From assembly GCA_030264375.1 (NCBI GenBank), contig JASCQW010000043.1:82750494-82814493 (forward strand): 64,000 nucleotides of DNA, in the 5' to 3' direction. The notes beneath the pieces were generated by a model. The model was given only the letters and a program-made list of their open reading frames with translations. It was not told the origin of the DNA and did not search any database. Position numbers and translations under genes: made by a program. Source of the stretch: Carcharhinus longimanus (Eukaryota). This document shows positions 11,715 through 24,460 of this stretch, piece by piece. Numbering within the stretch: position 1 is the stretch's first letter; the number at the start of each line of letters is the position of its first letter.

Positions 11715-14393
11715 AAAAAGGAGAGGGATCTTTAAATGGAGAAGATGAAAAGGATCCACAGTCTCCATATTCTGTGGAAACTCCTTATGGCTTTCAAATA
11801 GACCTGGATTTTCTCAAGTATGTAGATGATATACAAAGAGGAAACACCATAAAGAAACTGAACATTCAAAGAAAGGCCAAAGTGGTCAAAACGCCTGCAA
11901 ATCCTCGCAGCGCTGGAGACCAGGTCAGTGGATGGACCTCCACAGAATCCCTATCCTCCTCCAATAGTGAAGACAACAAATTGTCACCATCGTTATTTAT
12001 AGGTGCAAGGAGTCAGCATACTCCGCAAGTCAGAGGTGGTGGTATTGAGGCTTCGCCGGCATTTTTATCTGTTCAGGAGAATAAATTGTTGCCGCCACCA
12101 TCACCGAGACCGACAGCGCACAATTTCCATGTTGAGAAAACTCTGATGGAAACCCGCAGAAGGTTGGAGCAAGAGCGATTGATCATGCAGTCAGCTGTTG
12201 GAGATGCCCGCCGGCCTAGGTTTGCAAGTTTTGGAGGCATGGGCTCCACCAACTCTTTACCTTCATTTACAGGGTCTGCTGGACTGAATCAAGTATGCCC
12301 AAATTCTCAACAAATTCATAATGGTTTCCAGGCAAATGGCGATTACAATCCTTACTTCGCTTCATCCATGGGCAGCTCCATTCGTCACAGTCCTTTAAGT
12401 TCAGGAATCACAACGCCTGTCACGAATGTCACTCCAATGCACCTTCAGCACATCAGGGAGCAAATGGTGGTTGCACTTCGACGACTCAAAGAGCTCGAGG
12501 AGCAAGTGAAAACAATTCCCATTCTACAGGTAAAAATTTCAGTGTTACAGGAAGAAAGGCGGCAATTAACGGCACAGCTGAAGAACCAAAAGATTTCAAA
12601 TCAGAATGCCACGTCTGGATTTCGAAAGCGATCCTACAGTGCCGGAAACGCAGACCATTTTGAGCCATTGCTGCAGTCGAAGCAGGGAGGGGAGCTGCAC
12701 ATTGACTCCGAGGATGAAATGGAAAGTTTAGAACAGAGCTCGTTGAGAATGGAAGAGTTCAGGCAACTGACTGCGGAAATGCAGGCGCTGGAAAAAAAGA
12801 TACAGGACAGTAGTGATGAGAAGCTGAGCGACAGTAGAATGTGCGCGCAACCATTGGTGAAAATAAAAGAGTACAGGTCCATAGCCGTGGGAACAGATCT
12901 GAACATGAATGAATATGTGGTGTACCATCGGTCTGCAAGACATTTCAAAGATATCGCAGTCGGGACGGTGGTCAGACAGACAGATGCCAGCGTTGGGGTC
13001 ACTGAGACTCTGTTGGGTGTTACTACAGAGGCAGAGATGGAAATTGAACTGCAGCAACAGACCATCGATGCACTTAAAGAGAAAATTTACAGGCTTGAGG
13101 TGCAGTTAAAAGAAACCACCCATGAAGTGGAGATGAGTAAACTGAAATTAGAGCTGCAGGTTGCTGGATCCAGGAAAAAATCAGATAAATATGTAATGGC
13201 ACAGCCACAGGTCTCCAGCGCCTCAATACAAGCAACTGTACAAACAAAAAATCAAATGGTTGGTGACCATGTAAACTATTGTGATGCTTGTGTGGGTACT
13301 CAACAGCAAACACACAGCACTGGAGTCACTTGTAAGCCTGATTTCCAAGACGTTGCTGTGGGACCAGATATACCATTGAACTGCTGGGTTGTACACGAGA
13401 AGGTAGAATTGCAGGATATGGCTGTAGGGCATCATGTTGTAATGTGTGATAAAACCATGAATTGTGGGGTGGAGAAAAAATTCTCAGATGTGGCCATAAA
13501 CACAGAAGTGCGTATGCAAGATCAAGAACTTCTCAAGATGAGAGAAAAAAGTCTTCGAGCCAAGGAATCTAAGACAGTAGGGTGCGGTGATTGTTCAGTG
13601 GATGTGATAGTTTGCCAACCAAAAGAACTGATGTCCTCTAGTACTAACACTGTACAGGTTAATACAGTTGATTCAGCTATAATGGCAGTGCCCCAAACTG
13701 TATCCCGGCAGATGCATGCAGACGTCGATAGATTGAATCAATTCACAAATACGGAGCAAATAACATTTGCAGACTCCTCTACCAATACCCTTGTGAGCAA
13801 TTACAATAAAGAGACCAACACTGCAGTAATTGAAACACGTACTGTAGCTGTAGGAGATGGTAGAGTGAAAGATGTCAATACAACTGTTAAAACTCGTTCC
13901 ACTGGTGTGGGCACAACAGCCAGTTCTGATATCGATTTGGAGAAGTTATCTGTCAAGATGAGAGATTTTGGAGTTGGGCAGTTGAGCATAAACGAGAACT
14001 ATCTTATTGGTTTGAAAACGAGAAATATTGGTTGTGGCACAGTTAATCACCAACAGATGACTCCCAGCACAAAAAGCATCGGCGTTGGTGATGACCCTGT
14101 GTTTGCTACACAAAGCCAAGGGACCAATCCCATGTCGAATCCAGAGACAGAGTCCACACTGAACCATTACGTTGAGCGTGTGCAAAAGCTGTTACAGGAG
14201 CAGCAGATGCTGCTGGCTGAAAATTATGCTGAGCTAGCCGATGCATTTGGGCAACCCCACTCCCAGATTGGATCTCTCAATTCGCAGCTCATCAATACGC
14301 TGACCTCTATGAATTCTGTCATGAAATTTGGCAGCACTGAGGAAATAAGGAACTGTGACGTTGTCGACCCTTGTGCAGTCACTGAGGTTGCAG
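11715..14393 (+). CDS. KANK1: KANK1 large exon (human exon 3 equivalent): KN motif, coiled coils, long linker
   Basis: 901-aa ORF containing the KN motif [26 protein letters not shown], plus [35 protein letters not shown] and RKRSYSAGN. Acceptor ttctccaacag|AAA, donor GCAG|gttagt. 2679 nt, phase 1-1. Confidence 0.98.
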
Positions 14394-15414
14394 GTTAGTT
14401 GAAGTCTGTGATACTTGCAGATACGTATCTTTTAACTGACGCTCTTGATTTCCTCGCACTGACTAATTGTAAAACTTGTGAATTGGGCTACCTTTATCAT
14501 AATCCTTTTGCCATTCCATTTTGAAATGACCATTCAGTTGAATTAAACTTATTTGTTTATCCCTGTGGCTAAATGGAAATTTCATCACTCTTCCATCTTC
14601 TTTTTATCAGTGATTACATTTGTAACATAACTTGAAACTACCCAATTGCATGTGCTAAATAATTTATTATAATTGAAATGAGTATGCCTTAAAATCCTTT
14701 GCCAGAAATGATATTTTTTGTCCTTAACTGAGTTGCAAATTTCCATCAAATTCATATAATGGGAAGAATCTGATTCAGAGTGAGAAAATAAGTTCTGTTT
14801 GGCTGCTGTATGTTTTGAAGTCTAGATGGAAGAACATCTGTGGCAGTGTAAAGATGCACTTTCACAGACGTAGTGAACACAAAAGATCTCATCAATAAGA
14901 ATTGTACAGCAGCTACATGGCTGTAGCCAGCTCCCCAAGCATCTACCTAGATGCCTGCCTGACTATGTGGTGATTCCACACAGTCCCAGGCATGGTGAAC
15001 CTTACTCTGCTGTGTTGTCCTTAAGGGGACAATCACCATGGGCAGTTAGACTTAATTTGGATTGAAGTGAAACATAGTTCAATTCTTTTTTTGTGGGTTA
15101 CTTAGTTGTCATTGCAGTTTTACAGTTAGTTTAGTAAACTTCAACATGCTGTGTTAATGGAAGTCAATCAAAGTCTATGCAACATTTTCCTTATTGCAGT
15201 AAAATGTTTCTTCAGCTGAAGAATGTAGCAAAGAATAAGCTTATTTAAATGCCATTACAATGAGGTAAAAAGGTAAAGTCACCGTAGCCTCAGATGATCA
15301 TAGGCTGCGCCTCCCCTTCATGAATAACCTCAGCTGGTATAAGAATTGAACCCACGCTGTTGGTGTTGCTCTGCATCATGAATCAGCTGTTCAGTAAACT
15401 GAGCTCAACCTCTC

Positions 15415-16060
15415 GCGGGGGGGCGCTCTCAGGGTGGTGAACTTACGGAATTCTCTTCCACATAAGGAGGCTGACTCAGTGAATATACTTGAGAAGGAAA
15501 TAGATTTCAAGTCTCCAAAGGGGTCTGGGGTAAGCACAGAAGTATGGGTATTTAAAATAAAAGATCAGCCAAGACTGTATTGAATGGGGAGCAAGCTCAA
15601 AGGGCTGAATAGCCTACTCCTATTTTCTATATCTCTGTGATATTGACAGCAAATAAATAAATTATCAAATAATCATATTATGGTATACGGTATATTGGAG
15701 GCCATTCGGCTCATCGCATTCATTCCAGCTCTCTATGCTCCCGCTCTACCTCCATGGCATTGCAGGTTATGTCCATCCAATTTCCTTTCGAAAATCAATA
15801 ATCGTCTTTGCTTCCACTGCTGGCTGAAAATTATACTCATAGGGAGTGAGTTCCCGGTTATTTACCACTCGTTGCATTCATAAAAAAATGTTCCTCTGAA
15901 ATCTCCCCTGCACATCTTGCCCAAAGCATTAAATCTGAATTCTGATTCTTTAAGCAATTAGCTAATGGGAGCAATTTTCTTTGTCTACCTTTTCCGAACC
16001 TGGCATAATCTGGTACATCCACATCACATCTCCCTTCAATCTCCTTTTCTCCAGCTGAAC
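15415..16060. mobile_element. Two decayed CR1 3' ends, tail to tail (+ 15415-15640; - 15690-16060)
   Basis: CR1 3'UTR motifs in opposite orientations. Confidence 0.7.
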
Positions 16061-16379
16061 TGGAGTTACTGCCAGGAGAGCTTGGACCAGGCACAAGAAA
16101 GAGGAACCATGTTTCCCATTCAACCAGATTAGAGGCCAGGAATGGGCCCCATCCAGCCAGGGGATGTTAGGAGACCCCAGGAATCATTTAAGACTGATAA
16201 CAGAAGCAGTCCCTGGGTGCTTACTAACTGGAAACTTAGGTTATGGCTGGCAGCATTTCTGTTCCCCAATATAGAAACCACTCTAAAATAATATTGTGCG
16301 ATTGTAAAGTGCTCTGAATAGGGGACTATTCTACATTCTTTACCATTATTCATCGGACTGCCAAAGACAGCTGTGTATG

Positions 16380-16540
16380 TGTCAGCCATGGTTCGGTTGG
16401 TAGCACATTCTATTCTGGATCACCAAGTTCTAGATTCAAGCCTCATTTCAGGGCTTGAGCACAAGTATGCCAAAGTTGGCACTCCAGTGCAGTACTGAGG
16501 GAGCACTTTTCTGCACTCTGGCACTGTATTTCAGTGACAC
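16380..16540 (+). mobile_element. Deu-domain SINE 5' part (SacSINE1-like)
   Basis: tRNA-like head (ggttcggttggtagcac...gattcaagcc) followed by actccagtgcagtactgagggagcac. Confidence 0.65.
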
Positions 16541-16739
16541 CCAATGCAGGGCAACAGAGTCAGGGAAAGGGAAAGTGACGGGTTTCCTGATCTCCTCCCA
16601 TCTTTCCTCCCATTTTCTGACACAAACTGCTATAAACCAGGTAAGTTTAAAACTAGGGAGAATGTAAGGGCTTGGGGGTTGCATGAGTTGGGATGGCCAC
16701 CTAGGATGGGAGTCTGGGGGATAGGCAGTGGCCAGAAGT

Positions 16740-17060
16740 TCATAAGATGTAGGAGCAGAATTAAGCCAATCGGCCCATCAAGTCCAATCACTATTCAATC
16801 ATGGCTGATATGCTCCTCGTCCCCATTTTCCTGCCTTCTTTCCATAACCTTTCAACCCATTACTAATTAAAAATCTGTCCAGGCCCTCAAATTTACTCAC
16901 TGTTCCAGCATCCACCACACTTTGGAGTAGCAAATTCCATTGGGATTCACAGCCCTTTGGGAGTAGTAGTTTCTCCTCGATTCTGTTTTGAATTTGCTTA
17001 TCCTTAGACTATGACCTCTCATCCTAGAAAACCCCACCACCAGTGGGAGCATCTGTTCCA
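16740..17060 (-). mobile_element. CR1 3' fragment
   Basis: cataagatgtaggagcagaattaagccaatcggccc is the reverse of the CR1 tail. Confidence 0.8.
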
Positions 17061-17429
17061 CGGCATGTAGGGTGAGGGTTAGAAAAATGGTAACCCAGGA
17101 ACTAGAAGTGTTAATAATCCATTTATTTTTCTGCTAGGAGTCAGAGTCCAAAGTCTTTGTTTTGATTTGGAGTATTGGATGGCTGCTGGTGCAGGGTAAT
17201 TGCCATTCACAAGTTTAAAGTGCATTGCAGACGACAATTTGCTGCAGAAATAATTTTTCCTCATCATGTCACTTCTGGTTTATTTGCCAATTAGCTTAAG
17301 TTTGATTCTTCCACTTAGACTCTTCTCCTGCTAGAGACAGTTTCTCCTTATTTACTCTATCAAAATCTTTCACAATTTTGAACACCTAACAAACTTTCAC
17401 CTTCTCATTCTCTGCTGTAAAGAGAATGA

Positions 17430-17950
17430 AGAACCTTTTGGAAGGCAAAGTAGAAAAACAGAATTTTGTTGAAATGGTGAGGATGAGAAATTTTGGGATT
17501 GAGTTATGAATCGCAGGAAATTAACATGCAGACACAGCAATCAGCTAGGAATCCAAGTGATGTGCTGGCCTCCATTACAAAAGGGTTGGAGTGTACAAGT
17601 GAAGCAGTCTGACTGCAACTCTTTAGGACCTTGGTGAGACCACAAAAGAGTACTGTGTACGCATTTAATCTCCTGATCTATGGAAGGATACACGAGCTTC
17701 AAGCTTTGGGAGTACAGCAAAGGTTTACTGGACTGATTGTTAGGATGAAGGGATTGTATTTTAAAGAGGGCATCAATAAACTGAGCCTATATTCCATGGT
17801 GTTTAGAAGAATGGGCTTGATAGGTTATGGATGGGGTGTTTCCCCAGGCTGGGGAGTTGAGAATTATGGGGTCATAGTCTCAGAATAAGAGATTTTATTT
17901 TAGATTTTATCAGAATGGCTGTGGATCTTTGAAATTCTCTATCCCTGCAA
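17430..17950 (+). mobile_element. Decayed CR1 RT fragment
   Basis: LVRP...QQRFTGLI.RMKGL..EG...LSLYS motifs with frameshifts. Confidence 0.8.
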
Positions 17951-20900
17951 TGTTTATCAGTGGTTTCTTCTCTTTCCAAGTTTTACCATAAACTTTTCTG
18001 CAATTGTTGATGTTCTTCATTTTGATTCATTCACATCTGAACCAAGGAGAGGAATAAATGAATTTCCTGAACAGAAATATGATGCACAGTTGGACCTCTG
18101 CCACCAGTGCTGCTCATAGGGAAGAGACTGTCTTAGTCGGAATTGCAACTTGTTTTCAGCTATAAAATGAGTTGAAATTTTAGCGACGTGACTCAACAAA
18201 TACAGCCAAATTAACATGCATCTTAAAAGTATTCATCAGTCGGTTTGCTGAAGAGAAATCTCCATCTTCTATTTTAATTTCCTTTCACATGGCTGGCTGA
18301 GACAGTGGTTGTGGGGGGGAAGGTTTGTGTAGTGGGTAAATAGTAAATTTGAAGTTGTACATAAAAGTGTTTTTAGGTTTACAACAGCTTCTGCCAGCTT
18401 AATGATTAATTGCTGAGTGGGGCAGACAAATCCACATACAATCGCTACCAGCAGAGTTTAGGATTCAAAAGTGGTAAGTGAAACTGGAGAATAACATTTG
18501 TGGTGGAGACTGAGGCACAAGTAGGAATGTAGAGCCAGTCTGTTCGGTTGCATAATTATGGGCTTGTGTTTGTGGAAATACTTCAGATTTTTGAGATTAG
18601 TCATGTAGCAAAAATAAATGTGTGCAGTCAAAACACATTTTGATTATTTTGTGAGCTGTGGATGTTAGCAATCTGCATATGTATGACTGATACCAACAGC
18701 AAATGGGGCAGTTTAATCTTATTGGTTGTGTCCTGGAGATACTTCTGAAGTTAGGGATGTCACGTGATGTATGATAAAGGATAAGTTTTTATAGTTTCGA
18801 TGTTTTACTTTCACCGGTGTATTTAGATTAGAATTTGCAGATCATTACATATCCATCTCCTGAGCAATCAGGAACAACAATTCCGAAGCCATAATTTGGT
18901 AACTTGCCACTTTCCAACTTCTAAACAAACACCAAGCTGGTGAGTTGGAAGTTGCTGCAGTCTGGAAAGAGGACAGTCTGACATTGTGTTGTAAATTTAA
19001 TCTTTGTGTTTCTTCAGTGGTTTTTTTTCTCCCCTCCCCTCCCAGGCTATACTCCATTAATTGGCAAAGAATTGGCCTGAATCTGGGCATTTTCCCCACC
19101 TCCCCAACACACTCACACACTGCACACACCCCTGCACAGATACACGGACATGTGCACACTGGCACACATACACAGAGACAGCAGGGTTCCTTCCAATCGC
19201 TTCTCACAGTTACCCAGCAGAGATGAGAATCAAGTGAGAAGATTAATGTGATTCTTTGTAACGGTCAGTTTGCAATCCATTTGAACCTTTGAGCTTCATA
19301 ATGTGTAAATGGCAAAAATGACCTTGTCCAAATTGCTCCCCTTCTCTCCTGAAGACACTGATGTGATCTGGGTTCAAGTAGCCTGCTTTCAGTATTTTAG
19401 TCCTGTAATTTGTCATTTCCATAATCATATGTACACCTGGGCAGTTGGTGTATTGGCAGAATATTTTGTTATGGGGATCAACATAGCTCAACTCTGTCCT
19501 TGCTCAATACGTCAAGTATTTAAATCCTGAGGTCACTGGTGAACATTTAGAAAGGGGACTATAGTATTCCTGTCTTAGTTCATGGATGCTGAGGCAAATT
19601 ATATAGCAACATTGCTGTACATTCCTGGCAGGTATCATCCAACTAAACACAAACTAGATATTGAACCTGGAACTTGCCCTGTCTTTCTGGGATGCATTCC
19701 ACATTGGAACATGCATTTACTGACTGAAGTTGTTGAGGCGAGGGAGTGGAGGAGACTAGGGCAATCAAAGTATTTTCCGAGAAGCAAAATATACTTCCTC
19801 CTTCATTCAGCAGATGGCATTTAGTTTAACAGCCGTGAAAAAGACTTTTGTCTGATGACTCGCATGGACTTTAGCACCTCCAAAAGCGTTAATGCACATG
19901 GGAATGAAAGAAAACAAAGTCACATGCAATTCCTGTTTCATTTAGTTAGCTTAAGATAAAATCATCCTTGTGCATGGGATAGTTTCAGAAAATATTTTTG
20001 TTAGGTTCAACCTCATTGGGTTGGGGAACGTGTAACCACAGATGGTTGAAGTCTGAGGTTACTTTGATAGGAAGAAACTCAGGATACTGGCAATGATTAA
20101 CGTGGCAAGCTGGTGTAAACAGGAATTTGTTTTTATGGGTACTCACATTTCTGTGCTTGAAATTCAGCCAATATGTTTCAGTTCACTTGAACAGTGCCAT
20201 TACTTGTCCTCCTTGTATTTTACACACGTTTTAATTCCTTGTGCATCAAGCAGAACGTGCTTGTTCAGTGGAATTTAGGCAGCCTGATCTTGTCAATGTT
20301 AGATCACTTACTATTTCAGCAAATTTCCTGATACTAAACACACCCATTTTTGACTTGGAGGGCAGCAAGACAGACTAGTGAATCCAGGGAGTACTGATAG
20401 TTTTAGGTGACTGTTTAATGTTGGAAAATTATATATTTTAAAAATGGAAACTGGATTTGCTCTCCATACCACAAAGTGGGGCGGGAGGGGAAGAGTCTGG
20501 AAGTCTAAAATAAAAACAAAATCTGCCAGTGCTGCACCGTAAACATTTGTAAAGAGAGAAGTAAGATTTGTTTCCTCTTGTATCCCCTTCTTCAGAATTC
20601 CTGTCAGTTCAGTTGATGCTGTGTCGTATCACTTCAGAAGGAAAACACTAGTGTGCCTTTACAGCATTTTCCAATTTAATTCCACGTGTGTCGTCATTTA
20701 AACTCATATTCACAGTTTTGGGATTTTTTTCACGTGTTTAGTTCTTAAGCTGAATAGTTGCTTAGATTTAGTTCTACACAGTTTTGCACACCTGATATCA
20801 CACCCACGTGGGAGCTTTAACATACCACCTGATCTTCTGATTGTCACAACTGAACCCACTCCTGTTAGGTTGTTAAGAGTGGGCTGCAAGTATCAAATTC

Positions 20901-22580
20901 ACCCTGATTAAACCCAAGACTAATTACACCGTCTCTATTGAGGTGAGGGAAGAGATTGATTAATTCAATACAGATGAAATTGCATAGATGATCAACATCT
21001 ATATGAATCAACTTTCTATGGGATCGAGTCATTGAGCCCCCAGTGCGTACGTGTATATATTCTATTTAGTGATGTTCAAATCCTATCTTCCTATGTTGAC
21101 TGACTTGTGCCAACTAATATCCATATTGTGCATTATTTAAATTGATTTCCCAATTCAACCATTTAACAAGTATGTCTGTGAAAATCCAAATATCATTATA
21201 CTCAACTCACACCTCTGGTATTGATCTTTCCCCGTCAATACTTAGAGTAAGCTTGAGTGGGGCAGCAAGTAGTTAAACCTGTGACCCTTTAATGTTTGGA
21301 GACTCTGTTGAAAGGTTTTGCACCTGAACTTGGACGTTCTGCTTGTCAAACATGCTGACAATCTGAGCCAATTGGGAGGAAGGTTAAAGCTGGGGGTTGA
21401 AGATAAAGAGGGCGATCTTACCAAAACAAATTCTAAGTGCTGAATGAGCATGAAAATGGGAGAGTCTCAAACCCATTTTCCGGGCAAGCTCCCATACATT
21501 GTCTTGAGGCACTTCGGGGCAGAAAATGACCCCAAATGTATCTATTCACACATGGAAGCTGACTGCTAGGGGGACTGTATTGCACATATTCACTAATCTT
21601 CCAAGAGTATTAGTAATCTGTTGCTCCCTCCCCCGCCGATCGCTGTCCCGATAATCCCTGATGCAGAGTATGAAGCTCCCCGCACGCTGCCCCTTGGCCC
21701 TACCTGTCCCTGTCCCCAACTACCTGGGGAGCTTCAGTAGTTTCCTGGTCACCGGCTATCATGTGGGGTCCCTGTTGGTGGGGAACTATACGTGATCCTC
21801 ACCAGTGAGGATCTCCATTGGTGAGGTCCTTAAGTGAGCTTGGATGATTCTGTGCTGGGCTCACTAATAATGTTAAAGTTAGACAATTAAATATTTAAAT
21901 CAGCCAAGGGCACGTGGTTGATTACTCTGGCAGAACAGGGCTGATAATATAGAGAGGCTAGAAACTAGGTGTGAATCTGGCTTTTTGCGTCTCGTGCGAC
22001 CTTGCTGCTTGCCACACCGATTGACCAGCTTGATGAGCTGGTAAGATTCCACACCCCCCAAAAAAAAAGACATCAGGCCTCTGTGCCAAAACTGTGTCCA
22101 CAACTCCATGATCATCCTGGCAAACCATAGTTACTGTCAGTTGCTTTGTTCACTAAACTGTGACCCTCCACCCCCCTCTCCAAAGTTACACAAAGCTACA
22201 CAAAGTTGTCATAAGCTGAATGCATTATAAACCAAGTATAAAGCAGAGGTTGCTTGTTCCTTCCAGTACTTATTGTGGTTCATGTAAACCTGACGCCAAA
22301 GTATTTAAAACTTTGCCTAGTGTTTGGATAAAATGCAAGTAGGTGATTTTTTTTAAACTTAGAATAAGCTAAGATATGGGAGAGCAGCTTGTGTGGCTGG
22401 ACTTACAGTTTGTAGACAACAAGTCTGTGCCAAGTGAATGCATCCACTGTAAGCGTGCCTTTCTCTGTCCTTTCCAAGATTATATAAGGGAGCGGAAGGA
22501 ATATCAGAATATAGATGGCTTACAAACCTCAGTCACACCTAGTGTTCCCTTTGATCTACGCTTGTATGTGGCTGCACAAT

Positions 22581-22785
22581 CTTCTCTACCTTTCAGTTAA
22601 GATCAAGTGTCAGATAAGCCCTAAGATGGGGTGCAATGCCTTATCTTGTCAGCTTGGATCTTGTTTGTAGTTTTACAGGGACCTTGAATTCAGTTGGATA
22701 TTGAATCTTGTTTTTGGACCAAGTAAGGAATGGATTTGGGTTCGCCCAGTCCATTCTGAGCGTTGGCTTTGTAACTTTTAAGAAT
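22581..22785 (+). mobile_element. U2 snRNA-headed short element or U2 fragment chimera
   Basis: 22581-22610 matches U2 nt 5-34 (CTTCTCGGCCTTTTGGCTAAGATCAAGTGT) at 25/30 positions, then switches to non-U2 sequence. Confidence 0.6.
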
Positions 22786-23644
22786 GGAGGGAAAAAATCT
22801 TTTAAAAATTTCTATAGGTATTTGTGCAGGCTGCCCACAAACTGAAGGTACCATGTGCTGAAATGAACAAGCCTTGCAAAACAGAAAATGTTTAGTGGAG
22901 ATGTTTGTCATGCTTTTGAGAGGTGCAGGATCAGAATTAGACATCTGATTATTAACATGCGGAGTATGGTGAGTTAGTGTGGTAGCCTGGGCCTTTAAGG
23001 GGATGTTCCCAGAGGGCCATGTCATCAGGCCAGACCCTGTGAAGTGTGGAGGTGGGAAGCGTTGCCAATTGAGTGCAAGGATGCATATCCCGGGTCAGTG
23101 GAGAATCCTCAGTTGGAGCCAGGGAGGATTTTTTAATAGTTTCATAGTTCTGTCCAACTCTTTCATTGTCAATGATAAATAGGTATTTACAATAATTCCT
23201 TTGTTTCTTTTAAGCCATATTGAGTCACCCTTGGTTTATAACAGAGAATGATTGTACCCAGAAACTGTTCATATTCAACACGTACAAAACCCTTGATATC
23301 CCTGAGGTTGAAGATATATCGGAAGGACAGCCAGAATCCTGACCTTATTATTTTTGAGTCAGAGGTTGTCAAAAAACAGGGAGCAGGAGGGAAGCATAAT
23401 GTTAGAGGACACTTAGTCATTATGGGGCAGATAGCATCCATTGAGGACTCCCAAGTACTACCTACCTGATGCCAGGGTGAGGGACCTCTCGAACTGTCCA
23501 TGAAGCTATATTGGAGAGGGTAGGGGAGGATCCAGATGTTGTGATCCATTTTGGAACCATTAACCTAGGTGATTATGAATCCCTTGATTATTACATGAGC
23601 CAAGTATAAATTGATGTAAGGATAAACAGATTAGGGAGGTAAAT

Positions 23645-24460
23645 GAAAACAAAATACTAGAAAAACTCAGCAGATCTGGCAGTATCTGGAGGGAGAGTGT
23701 TCATGTTTTGAGTCTGATGTGACTTCTTTGAAACTAAAGATTAGTAGAAATGTGATAGGTTAAGTTGGGCGGAGGGGCAGGTGGAGTAAAATTTGAAAGT
23801 CAGAGATAGGTTAGAGGGTGGGGGATTAAATACCAAAGATTTCACGGAACGAAAGGCAAAGGGAGTGGTAATGGTAGCAGTGGAGGAACAAAGCATGGGT
23901 CTAGGCATTGGTTAACAATAGAATAAAATCAACGACAGATCAGCCATGATCTTATTGAATGGCGGGGCAGGCTCGAAGGGCTGGATGGCCTACTCCTGCT
24001 CCTATTTCTTATGTTCTTATGTTATGTTCTTATAAACATAAGATAGCATGGGTTTTTATTCATTTACGGGATGTGGGCTTCACTGGCTAGGCCAGCATTT
24101 ATTGCCCATTCCTAGTTGCCCTTTAGAAAGTGGTAGTGAGCTGCCGCCTTGAACCACTGCAGTCCCTGAGGATTTAAAATAAAGGACAGAGTTCAATTTC
24201 TGAAGTGGTTAAACTCGAAGTTGAGTCCAGAAGGCTGTAAAAATCCTAGTCAGAAGATGAGGTGCTATTCCTCACATGATGGGCTTCACTGGAACATTAC
24301 TACAGAAAGATGAGCAGGGCGGTGAACTGAACTGGCAAGCAATCAGAATGTGCGGCTGAGCCGAGGTTTTCTGCAAAGCAGTTATTTGGTCTGCATTAGT
24401 CTCCCCAAGGTAGAGGATACGGCATTGTGAGCAGTACATATAGTAGAATAAGTTATGGGA
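23645..24460 (-). mobile_element. Penelope-like element remnant (GIY-YIG) with nested CR1 tail and LINE tail
   Basis: Minus-strand NLFYYMYCSQCRILYLGET is a GIY-YIG motif. Terminus aaaactcagcagatctggcagtatctg. Nested CR1 tail at 23938-24033 and LINE 3' end at 24055-24170. Confidence 0.75.

Noticed and set aside
12486-14185. Several antisense ORFs overlapping the large exon
   Set aside because: Shadow ORFs of a coding strand with no recognisable domains.
18377-18473. Possible cassette exon ending in a strong GTG|gtaagt donor
   Set aside because: The acceptor is weak and both phase-relevant frames hit stops. There is no other support.
22581-22610. Functional U2 snRNA gene
   Set aside because: Only about 30 of about 190 nt are present, with five mismatches and no Sm site.
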